From the NCBI GenBank assembly GCA_973895155.1, contig OZ316896.1, positions 6,900,232 through 6,964,231 of the forward strand: a stretch of DNA of 64,000 nt. Direction: 5' to 3'. Of the stretch, positions 1-11,894 are shown piece after piece (position 1 is the first letter of the stretch; every line of letters begins with the position of its first letter). This stretch comes from Marsupella aquatica (taxonomy: Eukaryota; Plantae; Marchantiophyta). The translations under genes and the position numbers were made by a program. The notes beneath the pieces were generated by a model that saw only the letters and a list, made by a program, of their open reading frames with translations, ran no database searches and was not told the DNA's origin.

Positions 1-1348
1 TAAAAATGAACTTTTTATGCTTTTAGGGACTTGGTCATAACATTGTATTTTTATAGGTTGGTTCAATTTCTCTTAACTCTATTCAGTTTTTAAATATCAA
101 ATTACACTAAGTCATTCTTATTTAAAACACTAAGCCATCACTTTTGTTCATTTACAATTATTGTATTCATGATCACGCTCATACATAACTTTCAACTAAC
201 TTCAACGCATCATTTTCATCTCCACAACAACTAAGCATTTTCACCTCAACAACATCTCATCATTTCCATCACAACAAAGTAGTCCAAACTCATCATTTAT
301 TTCTTTTATTCTCAAAAAAAGAAGCTTTGGTTCAGGTTTACAAAATGTTTATTCGGTTGCTCATCCTCTAACTCAGGTCTCCATACTAAACTTAGTTCAG
401 GTCAACAGGTCAGGTCGCGGTCTCGGTCTTGAACTCATCTATGGTTTCTCCTAGGCACTTCGAACACAACTTCAGTCTCCGGCGAGCGTCCTTCATGTCC
501 TTGTTTTTCTTGCATTCTTCCTCTTGTCCTTTCTTCCTCCTCTCCTCAAGCTTCCAGTCCCACAACAAAAAAAACCTATGGCCGGTAACCTCAAGTCCCA
601 TGGCAACGGATAGTCCCTAACTTGAAAATAGTTTCAACTATCGGATTCCACTCGTCGAATGAATGTAAGTCAATCAATCTACAATCTCCCTTAAAACTCC
701 GTAACTTTAGATGCAAAAATCTGCAAGTAATCCACACTTCCAACTGAAATCTCTTAACCAATCTCATAAAAAAAATCACTTCTTCTTGCTCTTCTAGTGC
801 TAGAATTCTCCTTCTTTCAAGATTCTTCTAGGTTCTGGTCGTTCCTAAAAAAAAGAAATTAAACCAGCTTGCTCCACTCAGTTTTGGGTCAGCTTCCCTT
901 TTATTCATCTTTCATTCAGGAGTTTGAGTTTTGTTCTCTCTTTTTGTTAAAAGAATCTGTTTTTGGCTGCTCAAGGGGAACCCTTTTACTCGGGAAGCTG
1001 CTATATAGGTGCTATATGGTGAATCCAACTCTCATGTTTGTCTTATTCATATTTGTGTATCATGAATTTTTATTTGAATGTACCTGAACAAGGGGCATCC
1101 TTTGTATCACATAGACTTTTAATTCATTTTTGGACCCCTTTAAATTTTTGGTATCAAAATCCTATAGTATTTTGAATTTATTTTGGCAACCCCCTTAATT
1201 TTTAAACTTTGTTAAGTCCTAGAGAGAAACTAAGGGCTTCACTTTCTACGCTTTTAAGTATACTCATGAGTGAGAGGAACTATTCTAAGTAATGTCAGCA
1301 CATCCTGTCTTAAGCTCCCCTTGTGGCTTTCTTTCCTAAGTTTATGGT

Positions 1349-1560
1349 TTTTATTGAAATAAGAGTCATTAATAAGACACATTGAAATATGTGCACCAGT
1401 AGTAGCATCTTTGTGTCATAAAATTGTACTTTGCATTGGTCACTATGTGCTTTTATTGAAATAAGAGTCATTAATAAGACACATTGAAATATGTGCACCA
1501 GTCGTAGCATCTTTGTGTCATAAAATTGTACTTTGCATTGGTCACTATGTGCTTTTATTG
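1349..1560. repeat. 102-bp tandem duplication (2 copies)
   Basis: TTTTATTGAAATAAGAGTCATTAATAAGACAC... recurs at 1349 and 1451, and TTTTATTG recurs again at 1553; the copies are nearly identical. Confidence 0.9.
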
Positions 1561-3325
1561 CATATGCTTTATTTATATTATTTGATTTCATTCACATTTA
1601 ATATGTATTCTAGTCTTACTCTCTAATTTTGTTCACTTAGTATCACTACCAGACAAAAAGTAAAGCTTGTTTAGGGTGAGCATGCTATACTATATCTGGA
1701 ATTGCTTTTCAGAGTCAAATCCTAACAATAACCCTTAAATGCCTCCATCCTCTGCTTCTGCTGAACAGGTTTTCCTCAACCACCTCGAAATTGCGTGCAA
1801 CTTTTCCTATTTCACTTTCTTTCCAATGAGCTTTTGTACTCAGTCTTGGATCCATGTCTGCCTGCTCTCAACTCCGAATTCAGCCTCTTTACCATTATGC
1901 CTCTAATACTCTAAGTCCCTTGACTTCAATTCTTATCCAAGGGAGATTACTGCTTGAACTCTGTCACCTGAAAATCTCCACAACAGCTCTTCTTCATTTA
2001 GCAGCACGTCACTTTCTCAATTTCTTCTCAAATCTCACACGTCATATTATCAACGATCAGCCGTTTCTTTCACCTCACATCTGGATCACCATAGCCTCAA
2101 CCTTCGTTCTTCATTAGCTCAAACCTTTGGCAGCGCGTGGTCTTCATAATCGTCCAATAGCCACACGTTGTCCTTATACTTTCCGCTACTATACTCGCCA
2201 CTTTTCCCAAAGTTTAGTTACTCGCTTCAACCTTCTCCCAGAAAACATAAATTCATCGTTCCTCCCTTCGGACGGAAACTCTCCCCTTTTTTCATGAGCT
2301 CACCAGCGCGCCTCCACATTCATTCCAGAAAATCCTCCATAGCCTCCCCCCTTTTCGTCTTTTCCTTACTTCAGTCTCGAGTCTTTGGCTGAATCTTGCT
2401 CATCGCTCGCCTGGCTTACTTGTCCGTAAGTGCTTACCCTCCCTCAATTCCCTTGTTCTCTCGGAGGCTTTGAAACTGATCGCACATATACTCACTCCCC
2501 AGTCCATCAATTTTTCACTTCTTCCCCTTTACTTTAATCCCCGAGCTCCTATCAATAATTGCTTCTCATTCTTCCTATCAACTCCCTCTCGGGTCTTCAG
2601 CTGCCTTCTTGCTCAAAACTTCCCCTGGGCTTACCAGTCTGAACTCGCAACTCCCTCATTTAATTCCTTTGTTCCTTCGAATGCTCTTCGTCTGATTGCG
2701 CTTACTCACACTCACAGTCCATCGATTCCCACTTCTTCCTTTGAACTCCTATCGAGAGCTCTCCTTTCACAATCGCATCTCCTTTTAACTCTCCAACGCC
2801 GTCTTGCTCTGCACTTCTCAAATTTTCTCTTTCTTTCTTCCAAAATGATCGGCAGCCTATCGCGCGCTTCAGCATTTCTCCATGAAGTCCAAAAATCCCT
2901 GTCCACTAATCGGCCGAATCTCTCTCCTCTTTCCCTCTGAACTCCCTGGCGCACACACATCACTCCCAGCCCATCACCACAGCTTTCGAATTCCCTTCAC
3001 TATTGCATCTCCTTTTCTCCATCCACTCCTTCCCAAGAATCTCACTCTAACTGCCTCGTCTCGATTTGAAAACTGCCCTTATGAACCGGGCGCTCACAGC
3101 ACACCATGTGTCAGCACGAGAATATTTCCTCCCAAAAGCCTCAAAACCAAGGTTATTCCTTCTCTCCTCTATTCTTATTTTGTCTTATTGCCTTTTAACT
3201 CCAATTCAGCTTGTTCTTTCTCTTCTCAACCAGAGATCAAACTCATCACAAGCTGAACCAAAAACAAGTCGACCACAATTCGGCATACACAACTTCATCC
3301 GTCAAATATTTCCCCGACGACACCG

Positions 3326-3460
3326 GGTTGCAGGGCGTGGTACTGACCAAACGACAAGCCGTGGTACCCTCACCTTTGCCGGAAGTAAGTGGCAAGGGGA
3401 AGGCACCAGCTGCTTGGGAGGGGAAGGACAAAAAGCGGAAGCCTTCCGGGTCAGGGAGTC
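3326..3460 (+). pseudogene. Diverged fragment homologous to the C-terminal part of the 520-aa ORF at 14481-16043
   Basis: LQGVVLTKRQAVVPSPLPEVSGKGKAPAAWEGKDKKRKPSGSG aligns without gaps to LPGVVITEGPVVTHGPVPDVGGKGKEQAAEIVKKKKRKPSGSG. Confidence 0.75.
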
Positions 3461-4136
3461 ACACCGTGGCTGAGGTGGAGAGCATGGCACCGGCCTTATG
3501 CGAGGTAGTGGTTGTCAAGGAGGCAGTCCTGGAAGTAGGCCAAGAAGACCGGTTGGGAGAGGCCATGATGGGCACCTATTTTAGATTGCCAACCATTGAC
3601 CAGCATCAACCCCAACCTTGGGACTGGCCTGGTAATGAGCATGGACAAGCTTCTCTGCAATGTTGTTCACTTGAACAAGAGTGTAAGAATCCCCAAGTTG
3701 CACAAAGACCTGATGTAGCACCTGTAAATGGAGTGAAGGGCTACTGACCCATATGCAAGGAAGGTGGCTCAATCACAGTGTCTGGGGAACCGTTAATGGC
3801 GGTATAAAAACTAGTTTCTATTAATATTTTAGGGACTTACTTACATATGTTCTAAATTCCATATATATATATATGTTTTCTTAATATGTTTCAATTCGTA
3901 TTAAGAGGCTCTACTTAATGTTGATTTTCCTTCCGTATTTAACATCTTCAAACTAACAAGTCATCCTATTCATTCATTTTACTCCTTAATGAGTTTTGTT
4001 CAGGTGTTTTTTGTAAATAACAGATGGTTTAACAAGAAAGTCTTAGTTCACTCCATAATGTCTTCTAATTATATTAATTTTCAACTCTTCTTCTTATCCA
4101 AGTTTTTAAACATCCTTTATGTTTATTTGTTTCCCT

Positions 4137-6340
4137 TCATAAGGACTTCACACCATCTGTAGGCGAGGTACAATCTCCTAGCTTACTAATAGCATTAACT
4201 TTCTCTACACTAGGACTCCGTCCATAAGTCCCACAATGTTGACCCACTACCATTACCTCTTTTAACCCAAATGCAGATTTCTCTCCTGAGAGCGTTACTC
4301 TAGCTTCTATCATGCGCTGCAAAATTGCCTCAACATCCTGCATATGATCCCAAACAAAATTTCTTATCCCATCCTCTTGTACCGTCTCATCTTTCTTTAG
4401 TTCTAAATATCCCTTAATAGGTATGTCATCAAGGAAGGGTCGGGTCTTGTCAAGAATAAAGCGTTGCAGAATCATGTTCATGGCATTTTCCATGTGTGCT
4501 ACCGAGTTTGTTGCACCTTGCGGCAAGGTACACATCTTGACCAACCCCAATGGTGTCTACATTGTTGTTATGTCTCCACTACACTCAGACAACTAGAATT
4601 GATCATATCCTGAGTAAAGGTCTCATATCGAATAAGTTGCCCTCCCAGCAAACTATTCTGCAACCTCATCTACAACCGGTCTTGTACCGACATTCCTAAT
4701 TGTCACCCTATTAGGTGGTTGCATATCTTGGATGAAGCGCAATTTCCCATTTTCTTCTTAACAGTAAACCACCGATTAGAGTATGGGGCTTTAGATCGCT
4801 CAAGAATCTTGGCCTTCAACTTCTCTTTAAGTAATTCCATGAGTTTTGGCATTAAGGCTCGAGGAACCGGAAGTGGTCTCAAATCCCATGGAATATGTGG
4901 TACTGTAAAAATAATCATCGGGGTTACCTCTCTCGGGTTTACACAACCAATCTCATCTAAATTAAAGGAAAAAGTTTTTCCATGTCTACTAATCATCCCC
5001 TTAAACCTCTCTTTCTCTACTTCCCAAAGTAACCCATCATCTCCTATCCTAATCTGAGCAAGAGTCTCCTCAGTGAACACATGCCCAATCCCATTTGAGT
5101 CTCTCAAGCTAGGTTCTTCTCTAGCTTTCTCTATCAACCCTCAAGCATCTAAGGGCAAAGGTACTATAGCTGCGGGTCTCACCTTGTTATCAACTGTTTT
5201 ATACTTTGTATCCACATTTACTTGACTTCCCACAAAACTGCTAATCACTTCATATACATCCTTCCCAATCTCAATCTCACTCACTCCTCTTCCTATCAGT
5301 TCTAAGGTTCGCTCAACTGTCTCCCCTATCCCAAACTCATCTATATAGCCTTCTAAACACTCATCTGATTCTATCCCTCTTCTTCCCCTCCCATAACTCT
5401 TTACGATTTCTAGGATGGGCAGATTGCATTGTAGGGAACTGTATCATCTTAGACCCATCCCTACTCCGGATCAAGGCCACATGCGTCCCATCATCTAATA
5501 CCTGTGTTGCCATCCTCATCTCCGTGATAAATGGCTGCCCTAAAATCATCTGCGTGGGAAGACTCTCATGAACAAAAACATTCATTGGTTCCACAATGTC
5601 CCCAATACGGAGCTTAACTTTGGGACAAGCTCCCCAAAAACTGTTCTTGTCTGCACTAACAGATCTAACTCCCCATCCACTATGACGGTCAACTGCCCAC
5701 TGTCCCTCCTCGTAAATATGCATTGAACTAATATTCACTTTGGAACCTGAATCTAATAATGCTCTCACAAGACTCTTAATTCTATCTAACTCCACCTCGC
5801 ACTCACTACACCCTCGTGCCCAATGCATCCTCCTAACATCCATGGCTATCGAGCACCAAGCTAAAGCTCTCTCTCTCTCTCTCTCGTCTGCCCTCATAAC
5901 CTCCACCCCCACCTGCTCTTGACTCGAGGATTCTCCTCTCTCAATGCCCTCTCGTTCCCCACTCACTTTCCCACAAATGGCATCACTCTATCTTCTCCTT
6001 CGTCGTTTGAGTCAAAGTTTCCCTCTTCTGCCAAGGTACATGCCACCCCTTGTGGCCCTTCCTTCAGGATGCGCTTTCTCTTAACCTATGTCAGGATAAC
6101 ATCTTGCACATCTCTCCGCATACACCCTATTACTTCTTTATTTGTTAGACCTTGCACTTCTTGATTCCAAATTTTGGTACCAACTGCATTAAAATCGACC
6201 TCCCACTCAATTTCCCTCCCTAATACCCATCCTGGTTTCTTTCCTCCTACCTTTCCTCTCCCTTTTTGCTCTACTCTAGAACTTGACCCTGGTTCATCTT
6301 TCTTAACCTCTCCTGACTCTCCTTCTCTATTTTCACCCTC
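4137..6340 (-). pseudogene. Decayed Ty3/Gypsy LTR retrotransposon gag-pol remnant (aspartic protease + reverse transcriptase)
   Basis: Protease LLDSGSKVN and ILGQPF (5361-5966); RT N-terminus PYSNRWFTVKKK (4703-5137), DLYSGYDQF near 4600-4622, LPQGATNS and FLDDI (4137-4550); PR-then-RT order; stops and frameshifts; cut at 6340 by a LINE. Confidence 0.9.
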
Positions 6341-6514
6341 TCACTTCGAGTTGGAAGGGCAATCGGCTACGGTTTGAGCTCAGACTTTGCCAGAGTGTTG
6401 CAAACAGCGAGAGTGTATCACTGGCAAAGGTAGAGCTGCAACTGACATCCTCTACTGCTCCCAATTTCTATTTGTCGTCTAAGAGTACATTCTAACAACA
6501 GTTTCAGCTTTGTG

Positions 6515-7285
6515 ATGGCAACGGAGGAGATTGCCCATCTCAAGGCTTTGCTTGAGAAAATCTTAGTTGTGGTTGAAAACTCCGCAATTGAGATTACCAC
6601 ACTCAGCAAGGAGGTGACGGAGCTAAAGAATGAGAATGTCAAGCAAAAGAGGTTGATTAGTGATCTTCGATCTCAAACTCAGGAGAATGGTAAGCAACTC
6701 TCATTGCTTGCATCGTGTTTTGGAGACATGGAGAAGAGTATGTGCCCAGAGAAATCAGTGATACATGAGGCTGTAGGGGAGATTGAGGAAAAGCTCAAAA
6801 CCTTTGCAGAGGCTGCAAAACAATCACATATGGAATTTGTCCAAGCCAAGGAGGAGGAGAGGAGAGCACTAGAGGAAGAACACAAGAACCAGCATGCAAG
6901 AGTCAGCAACTGCAAAATATCAGGCCTTGTTGAGGAGGAGAAGGAAGACACCAAGAAGGTAGCAATTTCATTCTTCCAATCTCAAATGAAAGTGCATGAC
7001 CCTATCATTTTGCAAGCATATAGGATTGGGCAAAAGAAGGGGGACCTTCCACGTCCAATCTTGGTGAAGTTTGCAGCTGAATCCGAGAAAGCTAGAGTGA
7101 TGGCTAACAGGAGCATGCTTAAAGGGCTAAGGATTTGGTTGGATGATGATCTGACTCCCACACAAGTCCAAGCAAGGAAAATTGAGCTTGAGAAGGTGAG
7201 GGTAGCCAAAGACCAAGGATTGGTAGCCTACTTGCGCAATGGACAAGCTGTTGTTACCAATAAGAAGAGAGTTGTTTCTAAATGA
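6515..7285 (+). CDS. LINE ORF1p (coiled coil + L1-ORF1-type RRM + CTD)
   Basis: N-terminal heptad-rich segment, then NCKISGLVE, AYRIG, PRPILVKF, IWLDDDLTP motifs typical of L1/CR1-type ORF1; first ATG at 6515 (ORF track starts at GTG 6512). Confidence 0.88.
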   Translation: MATEEIAHLKALLEKILVVVENSAIEITTLSKEVTELKNENVKQKRLISDLRSQTQENGKQLSLLASCFGDMEKSMCPEKSVIHEAVGEIEEKLKTFAEAAKQSHMEFVQAKEEERRALEEEHKNQHARVSNCKISGLVEEEKEDTKKVAISFFQSQMKVHDPIILQAYRIGQKKGDLPRPILVKFAAESEKARVMANRSMLKGLRIWLDDDLTPTQVQARKIELEKVRVAKDQGLVAYLRNGQAVVTNKKRVVSK

Positions 7286-7297
7286 TGGATCGGGACC

Positions 7298-10200
7298 TTG
7301 AGAGTCATGGCATGGAATGTTTCAGGACTTTCCATAGAAACAGCAATTGGAGGGGAACCTTTGTTTGAGAATTTTGACATCTTGCTTTTCACGGAGACTT
7401 GGGAATATGAGGGAAATGCTCTACCTAGCATTAAAGGCTTTACTTGCATACAATCCATCTTCAATGAGAAGAAGACCACAAGGGGAAGAGGGTTTGGAGG
7501 CATTGCTGTCTACACCAAGAATCAACTTCAACACATCACCTCTATTGAACATGAAGATCCCAGCAAGCAGTTCATGGTGGTGAGACTTCATACCAGAGGT
7601 ACTCCATCATTTCTGATTGTCACCTACTTTGCTCCCCTTAATATGAATGTCTATAAGATGGGAATTGCTGATGCACATTATCCATTTCATAGGTTAATCC
7701 AAGTCATTCATGATATATCACCACTAGGGGAGACATGGATAGTGGGGGACTTTAATGCCAGGGTATCTAATGAACAATTTACTGAAAGTGAGGACTTAGG
7801 AACTTTACCTTGGTCATCATGTAGTGAAGAGATACCTTGGGTGAGAGAGGCTCTTGACACCAGAACAAATGACATGACACGTCACTTTTTGCATTTGGGA
7901 GCTTCTTGTAATCTAAGAATATTGAATGGGCTTGAGAGATTTCCCCAATCATCTGGTTACACTTTTAGATCTAAACAAGGATGTAGTACCATTGATTACC
8001 TTCTTGCCTCACCTACCTCTGCCACTAGAGTGGTTGACTTTCAAATACTTGATCAACAACCAGAGTCTTCACACTTGCCTTTGTTGTTCCATCTTGACCT
8101 GACCACAATCCCAAACAAAGTGCATAGAAAGCCAGTACCCAAACCTCTGTTTCTAGACCCTGATAGAGAAGTCATCTTCAAAGCCAACTTTGAACATCTT
8201 CTCCATACCCTGGATGATCAGATTGAGCTCTCAGAAGTCATAGCACAAGCAGCAGCCTCTACTTTCTCCACCAAACCCCCTAGAAAGCAAAACATGAAGG
8301 CTTGGTTTGATGAGGATTGTGCTAGAGCAAGGATGCAAGCAAGATCACATTCAGGGGAAAAGAGACTTTTGGCATTCACTATGTACAAGAACTTCATCAA
8401 ACACAAGAAGAGGTGCTTCTTGAAGAGTCATCAACAATCACTATGTGAGGAGTTCATCAAACATCCAAAACGTTTTTGGGAGAGAATGCAATCAGGCAAG
8501 ACTACTCCCCCCTTGGATCACCAGGACCTGGTAACCTATGTCACATCCTTGTATTTCTTTCCAGATGCTAGTGGCATGCCTTTGCCCCTTGGGGACACCA
8601 TTCAGTTTACAGAGAGGGAGGTGAAGGTGCATCTTTCCCACATGCAACATGGGAAAGCTAAAGATCTGTTGGGCCTGAACTTGGAGCTTCTTTTGTGGGG
8701 AGGACCCTCTTTACTAATAAACTTGGTGCATGAGCTGAATCAAGCAATGGCTTTAGGTTTACCTAAAGCTTGGATGACCAGAAGAGTGGTGCCTATCTTC
8801 AAGGCAGGCAACAAGGACGATGTGCACAACTACAGAACCATCATGGTAGGCAATACTTTTGCTAAAGTTTTGGGAGGACTACTTGAAGCCAGATTAAGCT
8901 CTTGGTTGGAGAGTGAGATGAAAAGGGCACCTTCACAAGCAGGTTTTAGGAGAGAATTCAGCACTATGGATCACATTCTCTGCTTGAGGGTGTTGTGTGA
9001 AAAGGCCAAATCTCCACATAAACCATTATTTTGCTTGTTTGTGGACTTCTCCAAGGCCTTTGACAAAGTTTCCCGATCCAAGCTTTGGGATAGGATGGTG
9101 GAGTTGGAAGTGCCTGAAGAGCTCAGGTTGGCTGTTTCTAAATTGTACCAAGAAGTGCGCATCAAACTTTCAAAGGAAACCTCTGAAGAAATCTGGAGCA
9201 CTCTTGGGGTGATCCAAGGTTGTCCTCTCTCACCAACTCTCTTTGGCATCTTCATTGATCAGCTACACAACATTTTGGAGGAGCATGGTGGAGTGGGCAC
9301 TCAATTGGGTAGGTTTGTCCTCCAACTTCTTATATTTGCAGATGATGTGGTCCTACTTGCTCATGCTCAAGAAGCTTTGCAAAGACATCTCAATGCCTTG
9401 GAGGAGTTTTGTCAAGCAACAGGGATGGTAGTCAACCTCAAGAAGACCAAGTGTTTGGGCATTGGCACACGACAAAATCCAGAGCTCTACTTCCAAGGGA
9501 ATCTGGTGGAATTTGTGAGGACCTACAAATACCTTGGGGTGGAGTTCTCTCAAAACTTGAGTTGGGCCTCATGTGTAAAATCTAGGGCTGCCAATGGGTA
9601 CAGAGCTTTTTATGCATTCATGAACAAATGCAAAAGAGCTGGTCTACACATTTGGAGGTTAAGGAAACATCTCTTTGGAGCTTTGGTGAAACCAGTCATT
9701 CTTTATGGAGCACCAATTTGGGGAGCAGGTGTGTCTAAATCTGGGTGGCAACAGATTGAGGGGCTGCAAAAGCTATTTCTTGAGATAGAGCTTGGGATCA
9801 AGTCACAAACCCCATATGCACTTACACTTGCAGAGGCAGGCTTGTTTCCTTTGGAGGTGGAGGCACTCTTCCACACACTCAAATACATCATGCGTGTAAG
9901 AGAGTTGGAGGAAAACAGATTTCCTTTTCATGCCTTGCGCTCATCTTCAGCTAAAGGGTGGTATGCAGATGTGTGCAGGTGGGCCCATGCTTGGGATTTT
10001 CCTGAACATGAATGGCCAACACACCCAACCAAGCTAAGAGCAAAACTTGAGCAAAAGGCTTTGCACAAACTTTGGCATGAACCTAGCCCACGGCAGCAAT
10101 ACTACATGAGAGATGTGAACCCCATGAAGAAATATCGAGAACAAGAATACTTATCTAGCACTATCTCAGTACAACTTAGACAACTTATTGCTCAGTATAG

Positions 10201-10519
10201 ACTAAGCTCACACCACCTTGAAGTAGAACAAGGGAGATGGAAGGATATTGACAGGAAAAAGAGGGTTTGTCAACTATGTGATAGCTCTAGTATAGAGAAT
10301 GAATATCATGTATTCATTGCTTGCAAGTTTTATGAGGGGGTTAGGATGGCATCTCAAATCTTGGTGAAAGATTTGTATGCATTGTTTGGTCTGCCCCCTC
10401 AACAACTTGGAAGATATATCTTTGCGGTGGATAGGGAAAGGAGAATAGGTTTGGAAAATCTTTCAGGGCTCTCTAGGTTCATAGGGCTCTCTAGGTCCAT
10501 AGTTTCTTTGAGGACATAG
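7298..10519 (+). CDS. LINE ORF2p: AP endonuclease + reverse transcriptase + C-terminal CCHC zinc finger
   Basis: WNVSG, ETW, GDFNA, TIDY, SSH (APE); QAGFR, FVDFSKAFD, QGCPLSP, FADD, YKYLG (RT); RLSSHHLEVEQGR...CQLC...EYH...C (RTEX-type C-terminus); 1073 aa uninterrupted; true start uncertain. Confidence 0.95.
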   Translation: MRVMAWNVSGLSIETAIGGEPLFENFDILLFTETWEYEGNALPSIKGFTCIQSIFNEKKTTRGRGFGGIAVYTKNQLQHITSIEHEDPSKQFMVVRLHTRGTPSFLIVTYFAPLNMNVYKMGIADAHYPFHRLIQVIHDISPLGETWIVGDFNARVSNEQFTESEDLGTLPWSSCSEEIPWVREALDTRTNDMTRHFLHLGASCNLRILNGLERFPQSSGYTFRSKQGCSTIDYLLASPTSATRVVDFQILDQQPESSHLPLLFHLDLTTIPNKVHRKPVPKPLFLDPDREVIFKANFEHLLHTLDDQIELSEVIAQAAASTFSTKPPRKQNMKAWFDEDCARARMQARSHSGEKRLLAFTMYKNFIKHKKRCFLKSHQQSLCEEFIKHPKRFWERMQSGKTTPPLDHQDLVTYVTSLYFFPDASGMPLPLGDTIQFTEREVKVHLSHMQHGKAKDLLGLNLELLLWGGPSLLINLVHELNQAMALGLPKAWMTRRVVPIFKAGNKDDVHNYRTIMVGNTFAKVLGGLLEARLSSWLESEMKRAPSQAGFRREFSTMDHILCLRVLCEKAKSPHKPLFCLFVDFSKAFDKVSRSKLWDRMVELEVPEELRLAVSKLYQEVRIKLSKETSEEIWSTLGVIQGCPLSPTLFGIFIDQLHNILEEHGGVGTQLGRFVLQLLIFADDVVLLAHAQEALQRHLNALEEFCQATGMVVNLKKTKCLGIGTRQNPELYFQGNLVEFVRTYKYLGVEFSQNLSWASCVKSRAANGYRAFYAFMNKCKRAGLHIWRLRKHLFGALVKPVILYGAPIWGAGVSKSGWQQIEGLQKLFLEIELGIKSQTPYALTLAEAGLFPLEVEALFHTLKYIMRVRELEENRFPFHALRSSSAKGWYADVCRWAHAWDFPEHEWPTHPTKLRAKLEQKALHKLWHEPSPRQQYYMRDVNPMKKYREQEYLSSTISVQLRQLIAQYRLSSHHLEVEQGRWKDIDRKKRVCQLCDSSSIENEYHVFIACKFYEGVRMASQILVKDLYALFGLPPQQLGRYIFAVDRERRIGLENLSGLSRFIGLSRSIVSLRT

Positions 10520-11058
10520 TTGTCCTCTTCTGAGCAATCTCTTTTGGTTGCTCTTTTCTTTGATTGCATTGTACTTTACTTTTTGTGGCAGCTCCTTTGA
10601 CTTTCATGGTCCCGGAGCTTATAATACATTACCATTACCATTACCATTAACCTATGAAATGGATAATGTGCATCAGCAATTCCCATCTTATAGACATTCA
10701 TATTAAGGGGAGCAAAGTAGGTGACAATCAGAAATGATGGAGTACCTCTGGTATGAAGTCTCACCACCATGAACTGCTTGCTGGGATCTTCATGCTCAAT
10801 AGAGGTGATGTGTTGAAGTTGATTCTTGGTGTAGACAGCAATGCCTCCAAACCCTCTTCCCCGTGTGGTCTTCTTCTCATTGAAGATGGATTGTATGCAA
10901 GTAAAGCCTTTAATGCTAGGTAGAGCATTTCCCTCATATTCCCAAGTCTCCGTGAAAAGCAAGATGTCAAAATTCTCAAACAAAGGTTCCCCTCCAATTG
11001 CTGTTTCTATGGAAAGTCCTGAAACATTCCATGCCATGACTCTCAAGGTCCCGATCCA

Positions 11059-11829
11059 TCATTTAGAAACAACTCTCTTCTTATTGGTAACAACAGCTTG
11101 TCCATTGCGCAAGTAGGCTACCAATCCTTGGTCTTTGGCTACCCTCACCTTCTCAAGCTCAATTTTCCTTGCTTGGACTTGTGTGGGAGTCAGATCATCA
11201 TCCAACCAAATCCTTAGCCCTTTAAGCATGCTCCTGTTAGTCATCACTCTAGCTTTCTCGGATTCAGCTGCAAACTTCACCAAGATTGGACGTGGAAGGT
11301 CCCCCTTCTTTTGCCCAATCCTATATGCTTGCAAAATGATAGGGTCATGCACTTTCATCTGAGATTGGAAGAATGAAATTGCTACCTTCTTGGTGTCTTC
11401 CTTCTCCTCTTCAACAAGGCCTGATATTTTGCAGTTGCTGACTCTTGCATGCTGGTTCTTGTGTTCTTCCTCTAGTGCTCTCCTCTCCTCCTCCTTGGCT
11501 TGGACAAATTCCATATGTGATTGTTTTGCAGCCTGTGCAAAGGTTTTGAGCTTCTCCTCAATCTCCCCTACAGCCTCATGTATCACTGATTTCTCTGGGC
11601 ACATACTCTTCTCCATGTCTCCAAAACACGATGCAAGCAATGAGAGTTGCTTACCATTCTCCTGAGTTTGAGATCGAAGATCACTAATCAACCTCTTTTG
11701 CTTGACATTCTCATTCTTTAGCTCCGTCACCTCCTTGCTGAGTGTGGTAATCTCAATTGCGGAGTTTTCAGCCACAACTAAGATTTTCTCAAGCAAAGCC
11801 TTGAGATGGGCAATCTCCTCCATTGCCAT
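11059..11829 (-). CDS. LINE ORF1p (copy 2)
   Basis: Intact; four amino-acid differences from copy 1 ORF1. Confidence 0.88.
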   Translation of the reverse strand: MAMEEIAHLKALLEKILVVAENSAIEITTLSKEVTELKNENVKQKRLISDLRSQTQENGKQLSLLASCFGDMEKSMCPEKSVIHEAVGEIEEKLKTFAQAAKQSHMEFVQAKEEERRALEEEHKNQHARVSNCKISGLVEEEKEDTKKVAISFFQSQMKVHDPIILQAYRIGQKKGDLPRPILVKFAAESEKARVMTNRSMLKGLRIWLDDDLTPTQVQARKIELEKVRVAKDQGLVAYLRNGQAVVTNKKRVVSK

Positions 11830-11894
11830 CACAAAGCTGAAACTGTTGTTAGAATGTACTCTTAGACGACAAATAGAAATTGGGAGCAGTAGAG

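Larger units (their letters stand above)
6341..10649 (+). mobile_element. Non-LTR retrotransposon (LINE, RTEX-like), copy 1; both ORFs intact, 5' end truncated inside a monomer
   Basis: Partial 181-bp monomer, ORF1, APE-RT-CCHC ORF2, short 3' UTR and (CATTAC)3+CATTA tail at 10627-10649; no TSD visible. Confidence 0.93.

Noticed and set aside
1-3240. LTR and accessory ORFs of the Gypsy remnant
   Set aside because: The strand-biased composition suggests decayed minus-strand coding DNA, but there is no partner LTR, PBS, PPT or recognisable motif
10576-11046. Novel 156-aa endonuclease protein
   Set aside because: Truncated ORF2 of copy 2 reading into the antisense tail of copy 1
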